Assembly (NCBI GenBank): GCA_045562755.1
Contig: JBJKVF010000001.1
Span: forward strand, 46,715-110,714
Direction: 5' to 3'
DNA length: 64,000 bases
DNA from: Dehalococcoidia bacterium
Lineage (GTDB): Bacteria; Chloroflexota; Dehalococcoidia; Lucifugimonadales; Lucifugimonadaceae
The translations under genes and the position numbers were made by a program. The notes beneath the pieces are model-generated. The model was given only the letters and a program-made list of their open reading frames with translations, did no database searches and had not been told where the DNA came from. This document shows positions 19,365 to 29,073 of the stretch, one piece after another. Every line of letters begins with the position of its first letter. Position 1 is the first letter of the stretch.

Positions 19365-20669
19365 TTGATAACAGAAGTTACTATGCCATCAATGGGTGCT
19401 GATATGACCGAAGGCACTATTGTTAAGTGGTTGTTCAATGAAGGTGATGATGTAAATAAAGGAGATAAAATTGCTGAGGTTGAAACTGATAAAACTGTTG
19501 TAGAGATGGAAGCTTATTCTACCGGTAAACTAAAGAAAATATTAATCCCTGAAGGAACTATGGTAAATGTTGGTACCATTATAGCTTTTATTGGAGATGA
19601 AAATGATGAGATACCACAATTAGTTGATGATTCTTCTAATGATCATGCAGATATTTCAAAGCCAGAAACTCAAATTGAGACAAAAAAAATAGAAGAATTA
19701 AAAACGCCAATTAAAGATGATAATGAAATAGTACAAATAGAAGAATTAAAAACGCCAATTAAAGATGATAATGAAATAGTACAAGAAACACCAAGGCAAA
19801 ACGATAATTCACGTGTAAAAGCCTCTCCAATTGCTAGAAAATTAGCTCAGGAAAAATCTATTAACATATTTGATATTCCTGGAAGTGGGCCAGGAGGTAG
19901 AATAACAAAGAGTGATGTAGAAAATTATTCTCCTCAAAGAACTTTTGCTCAATCTAATAAACCAAGTTCAATTTCTATTGATAGTTCCGATACAAACTTA
20001 AGTACAATGAGGCAAGCTATAGCGAGAGTGACGGTTAAGTCTAAATCAACAATACCTCACTATTATGTTTCTCATGATATAAATATGACATCAGCTATGA
20101 ATTTTAGGTTTCAAATGAATGAGATTCTTGCAGAAACAAATGAAAAAATTTCAGTTAATGATATGCTTCTCAAAGCTGTTACTAATGCCTTGATTAAGTA
20201 TCCAAAATGGAATTCTTCTTTTGAAGAAGATAAACTAAAAGGAAATTCATCAATAAATATTGGCGTAGCTATGGCTATGGATGAAGGGTTAATTGTTCCC
20301 GCAATTATGTCTATAGAAAATATGTCACTCACTGAGATATCTAAATCAGTTAAGGATTTAAGTAATAGGGCAAGAGGTAAGGGAGGTAATTTGACTCAAG
20401 ATGAATTAACTCAAGGTACGTTTGGTACATCAAATCTTGGAATGTTTGGAACAAAAAGTTTTACAGCTATCATTGTCCCTCCAAATTCAGGAATTGTAGC
20501 TGTTGGAAAAGTTGAAGAAAAACCAATTGTTCAAGATGGTAAAATTATTATAGCTTCTATCATGAATGCTACTATGTCAGCTGACCACAGAGTCGGAGAT
20601 GGTGCAGAGGCTGCGTTATTTATGTCTGAAGTTCAGAAAAATCTTCAAAATCCCTTAAATTTATTATAA
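19365..20669 (+). CDS. pdhC: Dihydrolipoamide acyltransferase E2
   Basis: TTG start preceded by AGGAGG (19353-19358). Lipoyl domain VETDKTVVEMEA, subunit-binding domain ASPIARKLA..GSGPGGRITKSDV, and catalytic SADHRVGDGA. Confidence 0.9.
   Translation: MITEVTMPSMGADMTEGTIVKWLFNEGDDVNKGDKIAEVETDKTVVEMEAYSTGKLKKILIPEGTMVNVGTIIAFIGDENDEIPQLVDDSSNDHADISKPETQIETKKIEELKTPIKDDNEIVQIEELKTPIKDDNEIVQETPRQNDNSRVKASPIARKLAQEKSINIFDIPGSGPGGRITKSDVENYSPQRTFAQSNKPSSISIDSSDTNLSTMRQAIARVTVKSKSTIPHYYVSHDINMTSAMNFRFQMNEILAETNEKISVNDMLLKAVTNALIKYPKWNSSFEEDKLKGNSSINIGVAMAMDEGLIVPAIMSIENMSLTEISKSVKDLSNRARGKGGNLTQDELTQGTFGTSNLGMFGTKSFTAIIVPPNSGIVAVGKVEEKPIVQDGKIIIASIMNATMSADHRVGDGAEAALFMSEVQKNLQNPLNLL
19689..19784 (+). 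repeat. Perfect in-frame 48-bp tandem duplication inside the E2 inter-domain linker
   Basis: The unit ATAGAAGAATTAAAAACGCCAATTAAAGATGATAATGAAATAGTACAA occurs at 19689-19736 and again, identically, at 19737-19784. It encodes IEELKTPIKDDNEIVQ twice. Confidence 0.95.
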
Positions 20670-20674
20670 ATCAT

Positions 20675-22282
20675 TTGAATAGATGGCATAAAATGTATAT
20701 TCCAGAAACTTTTTCAAATCCAGAACGAAAAATTTTGGAAAAATATTTTACAAATATTGATCAACCTGTATTTGTTATTATAAATCTACCAGAGGTAGTA
20801 AAAGGAGCCTTGTTTGCAAGATATAGTCGCTCTGCAAAATCTCTTAGAAGATTATTTTTAGATGAATTTGTGAATATTGATAATGGTAGTTTAAAAAAAG
20901 ATGAAGATTTTTTGGTTGATACCATAAGGGCTGAAAAACTTTACGATAGAGTTTTTAGCGAATATGGAGATGATTCTGTTGCCCAATTAGGGGGGGCTCA
21001 TATAGCGTGCGAAAATGCATCTAATATATTGACTAAGGTTCTTGAATGGGGTAGATTAGCATCTTATTTAGAACAATCAACCAGATATATTTTTTATGAT
21101 AAAAAAGTTAGTGGGCAGTATAGATATGTTACACCTGAAGAAATATCACCGAGAGAATTACCTAAATATAAAAATAACATGGATAAACTTTTTGATGAAT
21201 ATTCAAAATTAGTTCATAAATTAGTAGATTTTTTCAAATCAAAGTATCCGAAAAATACCAATGATTCAGATTTTATTTATAATTCTTCTATCAGAGCAAA
21301 GGCTTGTGATGTTGCCAGAGGATTACTCCCTGCATCAACATTTTCAAATGTAGGTATATTTGCTTCAGGTCAAGCTTATGAAAATATGATCATGAAAATG
21401 AATAGTCATCCTCTTGCTGAAGTGAGAAATTATTCTGAATTAATGTTAGGTGAGTTAAGAAAAGTTATACCTTCATTTTTAAAAAGAGTAGATTTGCCTG
21501 AAAGGGGCTTATTATGGTCAAAATACTTTAAAGATATTAATCAAAATATGGAAAATATCACTTCTGATTTTGGGAATAACTCTTCTGGGCAATTAGAGGT
21601 TGATTTAGTTGAATGGGATGAAAATGCTGAAGAAAAAATTATCATTTCTGCTTTATACTCTTATACTAATAAGAGTGAGAGAGAGTTGATAGAAATCGTT
21701 AAGAAAATGACCCAAAAAGAAAAAGAAGAAATTATGTATAAATACATTGGGAATCGTAATAATAGAAGACATAAACCTGGTAGAGCTATGGAGCGTTCTT
21801 ATTATCGCTTTGATATCTTATCAGATTTTGGCAGTTTTCGTGATCTTCAACGTCACAGAATGTTGACTATTGATTGGCAAAAGCTTAGTACATTCAATGG
21901 CTTCTCTGTTCCAGATGTTATTGAAGAGATTAATTTTAGGGATAAATGGGAAGAAATCATGAAGGAAATAGGTGAATATTTTGAATACTTAGCCTCAAAA
22001 TACGGTTTTCATGTAGCGCAATATATTGTCCCATTTTCATATAATATAAGATACTCAATGCAATTTAATGTTCGAGAAGCATATCATCTATTAGAACTTA
22101 GAACTTCTCCTCAAGGACATGTAGATTATAGAAGGGTTTGTCAAAAAATGCATGATTTGATATTAAATAAAGCTGGCCATAAAATATTGGGAAAATCTAT
22201 GAAATATGTTGATCATAATTCCTATGACCTCGAGCGTATTGATGCTGAGAGAGCTGCTGAAAAAAAAAGAACAAAAAAATAA
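20675..22282 (+). CDS. thyX: ThyX-family (flavin-dependent thymidylate synthase-like) protein, long 535-aa form
   Basis: The C-terminal half carries ThyX-like blocks (HKPGRAMERSYYRFDILSDFGSFRDLQRHRM and REAYHLLELRTSPQGH). The N-terminal half has ARYSRS. The alternative start ATG 20693 is equally possible. Confidence 0.6.
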   Translation: MNRWHKMYIPETFSNPERKILEKYFTNIDQPVFVIINLPEVVKGALFARYSRSAKSLRRLFLDEFVNIDNGSLKKDEDFLVDTIRAEKLYDRVFSEYGDDSVAQLGGAHIACENASNILTKVLEWGRLASYLEQSTRYIFYDKKVSGQYRYVTPEEISPRELPKYKNNMDKLFDEYSKLVHKLVDFFKSKYPKNTNDSDFIYNSSIRAKACDVARGLLPASTFSNVGIFASGQAYENMIMKMNSHPLAEVRNYSELMLGELRKVIPSFLKRVDLPERGLLWSKYFKDINQNMENITSDFGNNSSGQLEVDLVEWDENAEEKIIISALYSYTNKSERELIEIVKKMTQKEKEEIMYKYIGNRNNRRHKPGRAMERSYYRFDILSDFGSFRDLQRHRMLTIDWQKLSTFNGFSVPDVIEEINFRDKWEEIMKEIGEYFEYLASKYGFHVAQYIVPFSYNIRYSMQFNVREAYHLLELRTSPQGHVDYRRVCQKMHDLILNKAGHKILGKSMKYVDHNSYDLERIDAERAAEKKRTKK

Positions 22283-22286
22283 TACT

Positions 22287-23015
22287 TTGATTGAGATAAA
22301 AAATATAAGTTTTAATTTTATTGATCAAAAAATATTGTCAGATATCAACCTGACTATTTCGAGAGGAGAATTTGTATCAATAATCGGTCCATCAGGATGC
22401 GGTAAAAGTACTTTACTAAATATAATTTCAGGCATAACAAAACCAAAAACAGGTGAAATTACTATAGAAGGAAAAATAGCAAATATTGGAGATAAAATTT
22501 CTTATATGCAACAAAAAGATCTTTTATTACCTTGGAGAAACGTAAGAGAAAATGCTGGTATAGGTTTAGAAATTAAGGGCTTCTCAGATAAATTAATCCA
22601 AAAAAAAATATCTGAATTTGCAACAGATTTTGGTTTAAAAAAATATCTTAATTATATGCCTCATGAACTTTCAGGAGGTCTCAGGCAAAGAGTTGCTTTT
22701 TTGCGTGCTGTTTTGATTGATAATCCAATAATGCTTTTAGATGAACCCTTAGGTTCACTTGATGCCATTACTAAATCCTCTCTTCATGAATGGCTAATGG
22801 AACTTTTTATAAAATTTAGCAAGACAATTATTTTAGTTACTCATGATATAGAAGAAGCCATTTTGTTAGCAAATAGGGTAATTGTTATGAGTAATAATCC
22901 AGGGAGTATATTAAAAGAATACAAAGTAGATAGAGGCTTAGTTGATAATAAAGATGTAACTTCAAATTACTTTATTAGATTAAAAAAAGAAATTATAAAA
23001 GATTTAATACTCTAG
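22287..23015 (+). CDS. ABC transporter ATP-binding protein (NitT/TauT-type; ThiZ-like by context)
   Basis: Walker A GPSGCGKST, signature LSGGLRQR, Walker B IMLLDEP. The likely start TTG 22287 lies 5 nt after the thyX stop; the longer ORF from 22206 overlaps thyX. Confidence 0.85.
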   Translation: MIEIKNISFNFIDQKILSDINLTISRGEFVSIIGPSGCGKSTLLNIISGITKPKTGEITIEGKIANIGDKISYMQQKDLLLPWRNVRENAGIGLEIKGFSDKLIQKKISEFATDFGLKKYLNYMPHELSGGLRQRVAFLRAVLIDNPIMLLDEPLGSLDAITKSSLHEWLMELFIKFSKTIILVTHDIEEAILLANRVIVMSNNPGSILKEYKVDRGLVDNKDVTSNYFIRLKKEIIKDLIL

Positions 23016-23051
23016 CTTATTTGTTATTAAAAATTAATAATGTATAATTTT

Positions 23052-23141
23052 TTATATCAATGGGGAGCTTTATTGCTGAGAGGGTATACTCTTACCGACC
23101 CTTACGTACCTGAACTAGGTAATGCTAGCGTAGGAAATATA
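23052..23141 (+). promoter_or_regulatory. TPP (THI-box) riboswitch
   Basis: The sequence GGGGAGC..GCTGAGA..GGGTATACTCTTACC..GACCCTTACGTACCTGAACTAGGTAATGCTAGCGTAGGAAA matches the conserved TPP aptamer core. Flanking TTATAT (23052-23057) and ATATAA (23136-23141) can form P1. It lies immediately upstream of ATG 23142. Confidence 0.85.
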
Positions 23142-23900
23142 ATGAAAAAAGATATCATAGTTAAAAATTACTTTCCTCCTATTTTTTCGGTTTTTTTTAT
23201 ACTAATCCTCTGGCAAGTTTCGGTAAAAATCTTTAATGTTGAATCTTGGTTTTTGCCTTCTCCTACTAATATATTACTTGAATTATTAGACTCGTACAAA
23301 ATTTTGTTGGAAAACTCATTAATAACCTTAACTGAGATAATAATTGGTTTAATTGTTTCAATATTAATTTCAGTAACGATTTCGGGAATGATATTTTGGT
23401 TCAAGAGTTTTGAGAAAACTATATATCCATTGTTAATTACATCGCAAATTATTCCAATTTTTACCCTTGCTCCAATCTTAATAGTATGGTTTGGCACAGG
23501 ATTATTTTCTAAAATAATTATTATTGTATTATTTACTTTTTTCCCATTAGTGATAAATCTTGTGACTGCAATAAAAAATGTTGATATCGATATGATACGG
23601 ATGTTTAATTCTCTTGGAACTTCAAAGTATCAAATGTTTATGAAACTTTATATTCCAGCTATTCTTCCAAATTTTCTTTCAGGATGTAAAGTTGCGTGCG
23701 TAATATCTGTTATTGGAGCTGTTATTGGGGAATGGATTGGCTCAAGTAATGGTTTAGGTTGGGTAATGAAAATATCCGGTCCCCAATTTCAAACCGCAAG
23801 AGTATTTGCATCAATAGTATGTTTATCATTAATTGCTCTAGTACTATTTTTTACAGTCGTAATGTTAGAAAAAAAATTATTGAGGAGATATCCAAATTGA
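23142..23900 (+). CDS. ABC transporter permease (ThiX-like by context)
   Basis: Multi-TM protein of the NitT/TauT-type permease family. I chose start ATG 23142 because the longer ORF (from 23040) would translate through the riboswitch aptamer. Confidence 0.85.
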   Translation: MKKDIIVKNYFPPIFSVFFILILWQVSVKIFNVESWFLPSPTNILLELLDSYKILLENSLITLTEIIIGLIVSILISVTISGMIFWFKSFEKTIYPLLITSQIIPIFTLAPILIVWFGTGLFSKIIIIVLFTFFPLVINLVTAIKNVDIDMIRMFNSLGTSKYQMFMKLYIPAILPNFLSGCKVACVISVIGAVIGEWIGSSNGLGWVMKISGPQFQTARVFASIVCLSLIALVLFFTVVMLEKKLLRRYPN

Positions 23901-24871
23901 AAATCAAAATATTATTTATATTAGTGAGTATTCTATTGATTGGATGTTCTAGTTCTGATGAAAATAAAGAAAAAGCTTTATTAACACTGGATTGGTATCC
24001 TAATGCGAATCATGCTGGAATTTATTTAGCTATAGAAGAAAAAATATTTGAAGATAATAATATAGATTTCTCAGTTGAGCCTCCTGCAGATCCAGCTACT
24101 GTCTTAAACTTGGTTGCTAGTGGTGAATCTGATTTTGGTTTGTTTTATCAACCTGATTTATTACTTGCTCGTGATCAAGGTGTACCAGTTGTTGCTATTG
24201 CAGGTATAGTACCAAAACCTTTAAATTCAATAATGACACTTGAGACTTCAAAATTATCTCGCCCAAAAGATTTAGAAGGAAAAAAAATTGGTTTTCCTGG
24301 CATTCCATGGAATGAATCAATGCTAAAAACAATGATGGAATGTGACAAAGCAGATTCTTCAACTTTGGAAATTAGTGATGTAGGTTGGTCTTTAGGACAA
24401 ACATTACTTACTGGAAAAGTTGATGCTGTAATAGGCGCTTACTGGACACATGAGTCAATAGTTATGTCTAATCAGGGGTATGAAACTAATGTAATGTATC
24501 CTGATGAGTGGTGCGTTCCTCCTTATTACGAACTGATACTAGTCACCTCAGAGAAAAATTTAGAAAATAATCCTAAATTAGTTGAAAACTTTATTATTTC
24601 ACTATCTTCGGGTTATTCTAAAGCCATATCTGATCCTCAAAATTCAATTGATATTCTAGTTAAGTATAATGAAGATTCTGTAGATGAAGAAGTAGATAGG
24701 GCGGGTGTAGAATTACTTGTACCTTTATGGGAGGATAACGATGGAGTATTTGGAGAAATCAACCGTGAAAAATGGTTAGATTTTTCTATTTGGATGAAGG
24801 ATGAGAATTTAATCTCAGATAATCTTGATATAGATAAGTCATTTAAGGATTTTTCTCATTTATTGAGATAG
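23897..24871 (+). CDS. NMT1/THI5-like substrate-binding lipoprotein (ThiY-like pyrimidine-precursor binding protein by context)
   Basis: TTG 23897 overlaps the permease stop, with GAGGAG upstream. Lipobox LLIGCSSS. The motif [17 protein letters not shown] is typical of the NMT1/THI5/ThiY family. Confidence 0.8.
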   Translation: MKIKILFILVSILLIGCSSSDENKEKALLTLDWYPNANHAGIYLAIEEKIFEDNNIDFSVEPPADPATVLNLVASGESDFGLFYQPDLLLARDQGVPVVAIAGIVPKPLNSIMTLETSKLSRPKDLEGKKIGFPGIPWNESMLKTMMECDKADSSTLEISDVGWSLGQTLLTGKVDAVIGAYWTHESIVMSNQGYETNVMYPDEWCVPPYYELILVTSEKNLENNPKLVENFIISLSSGYSKAISDPQNSIDILVKYNEDSVDEEVDRAGVELLVPLWEDNDGVFGEINREKWLDFSIWMKDENLISDNLDIDKSFKDFSHLLR

Positions 24872-24875
24872 CATC

Positions 24876-25682
24876 ATGAAAAACTCAAAAATCCCAGTTG
24901 TATTAACAATAGCAGGTAGCGATTCAGGAGCCGGTGCTGGTATACAAGCCGACCTAAAAACTTTTTCATCCTTAGGAACCTACGGGACTACGGTTATAAC
25001 TGTAGTAACTTCTCAAAATACAGTCAGGGTGAGCGACGTACAATCATTAGATATATCTATTATCTCATCTCAAATAGATTCAATAGTAGAAGATTTTGAC
25101 TTGAAAGCTATTAAGACTGGCATGTTATTTACCCCTGAAATAGTGAGTATTGTTGCAAAAAAAGCTAAGGAATATAAATGGAAAAAGTTAATAGTAGATC
25201 CGGTAATGGTAGCTTCTTCTGGAGATAGCTTACTTAAGTTAGAGGCTATTAGTGAGTATAAAAACAATCTTATTCCCATTAGTTTTGCTATTACACCAAA
25301 TATCCCAGAATTAGCCACTTTAACAGAGGAAGGAATTATTTCAAAAAATGACATTAAAAATGCATGTATTGAAATAAGTAAACTTGGTATAAAAAATATT
25401 ATTGCTAAGGGTGGGCATAATAGAAATGAAAAAGAAGCAACAGATATTTTATATATGGATGGTACTTTTTTTGAATATTCTTTACCTAGACTAAAGTCTA
25501 CAAATAATCATGGTACAGGTTGTACTTTTGCTGCAGCTTTTACTGCTAATATAGCTTTAGGTAAAGATATAAAGAAATCATTTATTGATGCAAAAGAATA
25601 TGTATGGAAAGCTATGTCAAATGATTTATTATTAGGTAATGGTAAAGGACCAGTTGATCATTTTTATCAATTAAGAAAGTAA
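24876..25682 (+). CDS. thiD: Hydroxymethylpyrimidine/phosphomethylpyrimidine kinase
   Basis: Motifs [28 protein letters not shown] and HGTGCTF. Confidence 0.9.
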   Translation: MKNSKIPVVLTIAGSDSGAGAGIQADLKTFSSLGTYGTTVITVVTSQNTVRVSDVQSLDISIISSQIDSIVEDFDLKAIKTGMLFTPEIVSIVAKKAKEYKWKKLIVDPVMVASSGDSLLKLEAISEYKNNLIPISFAITPNIPELATLTEEGIISKNDIKNACIEISKLGIKNIIAKGGHNRNEKEATDILYMDGTFFEYSLPRLKSTNNHGTGCTFAAAFTANIALGKDIKKSFIDAKEYVWKAMSNDLLLGNGKGPVDHFYQLRK

Positions 25683-25683
25683 T

Positions 25684-26646
25684 ATGCCTAAAAAAGTTTT
25701 ATTCATTTCAGAATCAGAAGTTTCAAAAGTAACTAATATGCAAATGGCTTTAAATTGTATAGATAATGCTTTTCAAGCATTTTCAAGAGGTGAAATTTAT
25801 AATTTTCCAAGATATAGATTACCGACTTCTGAAGGAAAATATAATTTTATGAGTGCATCATGGATAGAGAAAGGATACGCAGCAAACAAATCTTATGTAA
25901 GCTATAAAAATGGTATTGACTTTAATGTCATGCTTTACGATGCTCATGGAAAAGGTTTAATAGCGATTATTGAAGCAAATTTGCTAGGTCAAATCAGAAC
26001 TGGAGCTGCTTCAGGTATAGCAACAAAATATTTATCGAAGAAAAATTCAAAAGTTTTTGGTATAGTCGGTTCAGGATATCAATCTCAAACTCAACTCGAG
26101 TCAGTCATCAATGTGAGAGATATTAAGGAAACATATGTTTATTCTAGAAATAAAAAAAATAGAGAAATATTTGCCAATCAAATGTCAGAAAAATTCGGAA
26201 TAAGTATTAAACCCTTAAGTTATGAAGAATTTATTAAGATTGACTTTGATATCCTAACAACTGTAACTAATTCAATCACTCCTGTAGTAACAAAAAAAAT
26301 GTTAACGCCTGGAATGCATATCAATGCTGCTGGAAATAATTCCTGGGAAAAATCTGAAGTAGATATTGATGTAATATCTTCCAGTGAACACATAATTTGT
26401 GATGAAATTGAACAAGCAAGAATAGAATGTGGTGAACTTATCAGAGCCTATGAAAAGGGAGTTTTTAATTGGGAGGAATCATTTTCTTTGTCAGAAATTG
26501 TTTCAGGTAAGCACAAATTAAGAAAAAATGATAAAGATATTACTTTGTTTGAATCTCAAGGTTTAGCTTTGGAGGATCTAGCTATGGCAATAGAAATTTA
26601 TAAAATAGCCATAGAAAATAATTTTGGGAAAATCATAAAAATTTAA
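25684..26646 (+). CDS. Ornithine cyclodeaminase/mu-crystallin family NAD(P)-dependent enzyme
   Basis: Motifs LLGQIRTGAASG and Rossmann GIVGSGYQSQ. Length 320 aa. The start is 1 nt after the thiD stop. Confidence 0.8.
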   Translation: MPKKVLFISESEVSKVTNMQMALNCIDNAFQAFSRGEIYNFPRYRLPTSEGKYNFMSASWIEKGYAANKSYVSYKNGIDFNVMLYDAHGKGLIAIIEANLLGQIRTGAASGIATKYLSKKNSKVFGIVGSGYQSQTQLESVINVRDIKETYVYSRNKKNREIFANQMSEKFGISIKPLSYEEFIKIDFDILTTVTNSITPVVTKKMLTPGMHINAAGNNSWEKSEVDIDVISSSEHIICDEIEQARIECGELIRAYEKGVFNWEESFSLSEIVSGKHKLRKNDKDITLFESQGLALEDLAMAIEIYKIAIENNFGKIIKI

Positions 26647-27323
26647 TTAGCTGTGTTTATTATGAGTAGATTTTTTTGAAATCTATTAAGTACTTCTAGT
26701 TTATTATTTTTAGAAATATAATGAATATTAACAGGAAATTTAACATCATCTATTACAGAGTAAATTAAGAAATTAATATGTATTTCATTGTTATTTATAT
26801 TTTTTATTTTTATATCTCTTTGTAATATTTGATTATTTTCAAGTATAATCTTGGATTGATCATCTAAAAATTCCTCTAAATCAATTTTTTCTAATTTCTC
26901 AAGTTTGGAAATTTTCTCATAAATGAATGTATATGAAGTATCTCTAAGTTCAATTAACTTATTGTACAAATTTTCAAATTTATACTCAGGATTTCCACCT
27001 AATTTTGCTATCCAAGCTACAGTATTAATTACTTTTTCTTGTCTAAATATATGGTCAATTTTTATTGAAAGCCAACCCTGACGTTTTATAATTTTAGATT
27101 TGCCGGGTTGTGGAAGGTAAGATTCATTTAAGGTATTTTCATTGAAACCTACAAATATATTTTGTGCATATAAATTATTTCGTTCTATATTATTGTTGAT
27201 GTTTTCATATAGATCATGCTCGGTTATTGCCCATCTAATATTTTCTTGAACAAACTTATAAGCACTATTAATAATATTTACAATTTTTTCCCCTGAATCA
27301 TTATAATCAATACTATTTTCCAA
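26643..27323 (-). CDS. Hypothetical protein
   Basis: The ORF runs to 27401, but TTG 27323 lies 10 nt after the mocA-like stop and has AGGAAA upstream. No recognisable motifs. Confidence 0.45.
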   Translation of the reverse strand: MENSIDYNDSGEKIVNIINSAYKFVQENIRWAITEHDLYENINNNIERNNLYAQNIFVGFNENTLNESYLPQPGKSKIIKRQGWLSIKIDHIFRQEKVINTVAWIAKLGGNPEYKFENLYNKLIELRDTSYTFIYEKISKLEKLEKIDLEEFLDDQSKIILENNQILQRDIKIKNINNNEIHINFLIYSVIDDVKFPVNIHYISKNNKLEVLNRFQKNLLIINTAN

Positions 27324-27333
27324 ATGTAATTTC

Positions 27334-27945
27334 CTAAATTTTGCTAAATATTTTGACTGCTTTTTTATAATCTTCAATTGTATTAATATCAATTCTAACA
27401 ATCATATTTGATAAATCGATCTTTGCATGAATAAACTTATTACTTTTAAATATTTCTCTTATACCTTTTTTTTCTTCTGAGATGTTGAGTAATTCAGGTA
27501 GCATTTTTTTACTGAAAATTAATGGATGCCCACCTCTTTTTTTATATATTGGGTAAGTTATGTCAGATTTATTTTTTTTATGAAAGGTAATAATTTTTTC
27601 TATGATTGATTTGGGCCTAGGTTGATCTACGGCAATTATAAGAATTATTTCTGTCTGTTCAGAAATAATTCTCAGTCCTGATTTTATAGAGGTTGTTTTG
27701 CCTGTTTCGTATGATGGATTATAAATAAGTTTTACCTGATCGTTTTTTATGATATTTTTTTTTATAATTTGATGATCTTTTCCTGTTACAACTATTACTT
27801 CATCACATCCAGCCTCGATCAGGGAGTTAATTTGATAGTTTATGAGTATATCTTCATCCCAGCTCATCATTGCTTTAGGATAATTCATTCTCTCAGACTT
27901 GCCACCACTAAGAATTATGCCTGAAGTAAAACTTGTTTTTATCAT
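27334..27945 (-). CDS. MobA-like NTP transferase (molybdenum cofactor cytidylyl/guanylyl-transferase, MocA-like)
   Basis: N-terminal GIILSGGKSERM motif (LAGG.s.RMG type) on a roughly 200-aa GT-A fold. It lies adjacent to xdhC. Confidence 0.7.
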   Translation of the reverse strand: MIKTSFTSGIILSGGKSERMNYPKAMMSWDEDILINYQINSLIEAGCDEVIVVTGKDHQIIKKNIIKNDQVKLIYNPSYETGKTTSIKSGLRIISEQTEIILIIAVDQPRPKSIIEKIITFHKKNKSDITYPIYKKRGGHPLIFSKKMLPELLNISEEKKGIREIFKSNKFIHAKIDLSNMIVRIDINTIEDYKKAVKIFSKI

Positions 27946-27951
27946 TATATT

Positions 27952-29073
27952 TTATTTATTTTTGGATTTTTTATATGCTTTATCAATTAAATTTTTATCA
28001 AGTTTCAAGAAACTACCTGCTCCTCCAAGTCTGAATGCTGTTATTTCAGCCATTATGGATAATGATATTTCTTCTGGAGTTCTTGCGGACAAATCTAATC
28101 CGATAGGAGAGTGTATACTACAGATTTGATTATAGGTGAAGCCTAATGAGAATAATTCCTCATATATCAGTATTGCTTTTCTTTTGGATCCTAATAAACC
28201 AATATAACTAGCATTTGTTTTTAGTGCAGCAGCAGTTGCATAAGAATCATACTTATGACCTCTTGTTGCAATAACAATAAACGAGTTAGTTCCTAAGTTT
28301 ATTTTTTCTAATTCCTCAGAATAATCACCAACTATAGTGTTAGTTGCCTCAGGAAATCTTTCTGCGTTTGAAAATTTTTCCCTGTCGTCCATGATTATAA
28401 TTTTATATCCAAGAGTTTTCGCTATATTATAAATTGCTTTTGAAACATGACCTCCTCCAGCAATAACTAAGGTTGGGTGGCTAGTGTATGCTTCTATAAA
28501 AAATTCATATCCTCTTTTGTCAGATACATATTTATTTTTACCTAGAGGTAAAATTTCATCTGAAGTTTTTTTTGCTAAATTATCCAAAACGTCATCACCT
28601 AAAGTGCCTGAGATTGATTTATTTTCTCGTATTAATAATTTATCTCCTATTTTGGCTGTAGAATTATTTGGTTTTTTTGATAATGTTGCAAGGGATACAG
28701 ATGGTCCTCCATTATATGCAGAGAGTATTTCTTTGTTATATTTTTTTAGAGACTCAGATTTATTTATGTTATCTATAAGAAAAAACATAGTACCACCGCA
28801 AACTAGTCCATCTTCAGCTGCTAAATCTTCATTCAGTTCATACTCTTTCATTTCAGTAGCAGTTTTATTCTTGAGCATTTCTGAGGCTGCAAACCATATA
28901 TCGCCTTCTACACATCCTCCACCCAATGTTCCAATTGCAGTTTTATCATTCTTAACTAACAATTTTGCACCAGGTTTTTGTGGTGTTGACCCAGATGTTT
29001 TTATGACAGTAGCAATAGCAAAATTATTTTTATCTAAAAATTCTTCTTCAGCTTTTAAAAAAACTTCTTCCAT
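27952..29073 (-). CDS. XdhC/CoxI-family molybdoenzyme maturation protein
   Basis: N-domain with GTLGGGCVEG. C-terminal Rossmann-like domain with LVIAGGGHVS and GLLGSKRK. Confidence 0.75.
   Translation of the reverse strand: MEEVFLKAEEEFLDKNNFAIATVIKTSGSTPQKPGAKLLVKNDKTAIGTLGGGCVEGDIWFAASEMLKNKTATEMKEYELNEDLAAEDGLVCGGTMFFLIDNINKSESLKKYNKEILSAYNGGPSVSLATLSKKPNNSTAKIGDKLLIRENKSISGTLGDDVLDNLAKKTSDEILPLGKNKYVSDKRGYEFFIEAYTSHPTLVIAGGGHVSKAIYNIAKTLGYKIIIMDDREKFSNAERFPEATNTIVGDYSEELEKINLGTNSFIVIATRGHKYDSYATAAALKTNASYIGLLGSKRKAILIYEELFSLGFTYNQICSIHSPIGLDLSARTPEEISLSIMAEITAFRLGGAGSFLKLDKNLIDKAYKKSKNK

Noticed and set aside
22206-22286. Long upstream extensions of the ABC ATPase (22206), the binding protein (23759), ManD paralog 2 (to 37433), thrC (43543), the GNAT gene (to 45470) and the hypothetical gene (to 27401).
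   Set aside because: These extensions overlap the preceding gene by tens of nucleotides. Downstream starts with SD-like sequences fit the conserved N-termini or lipoprotein signal peptides better.
23040-23141. The ORF-track N-terminal extension of the permease (start 23040).
   Set aside because: This segment is the TPP riboswitch aptamer. The real start is ATG 23142, directly after it.
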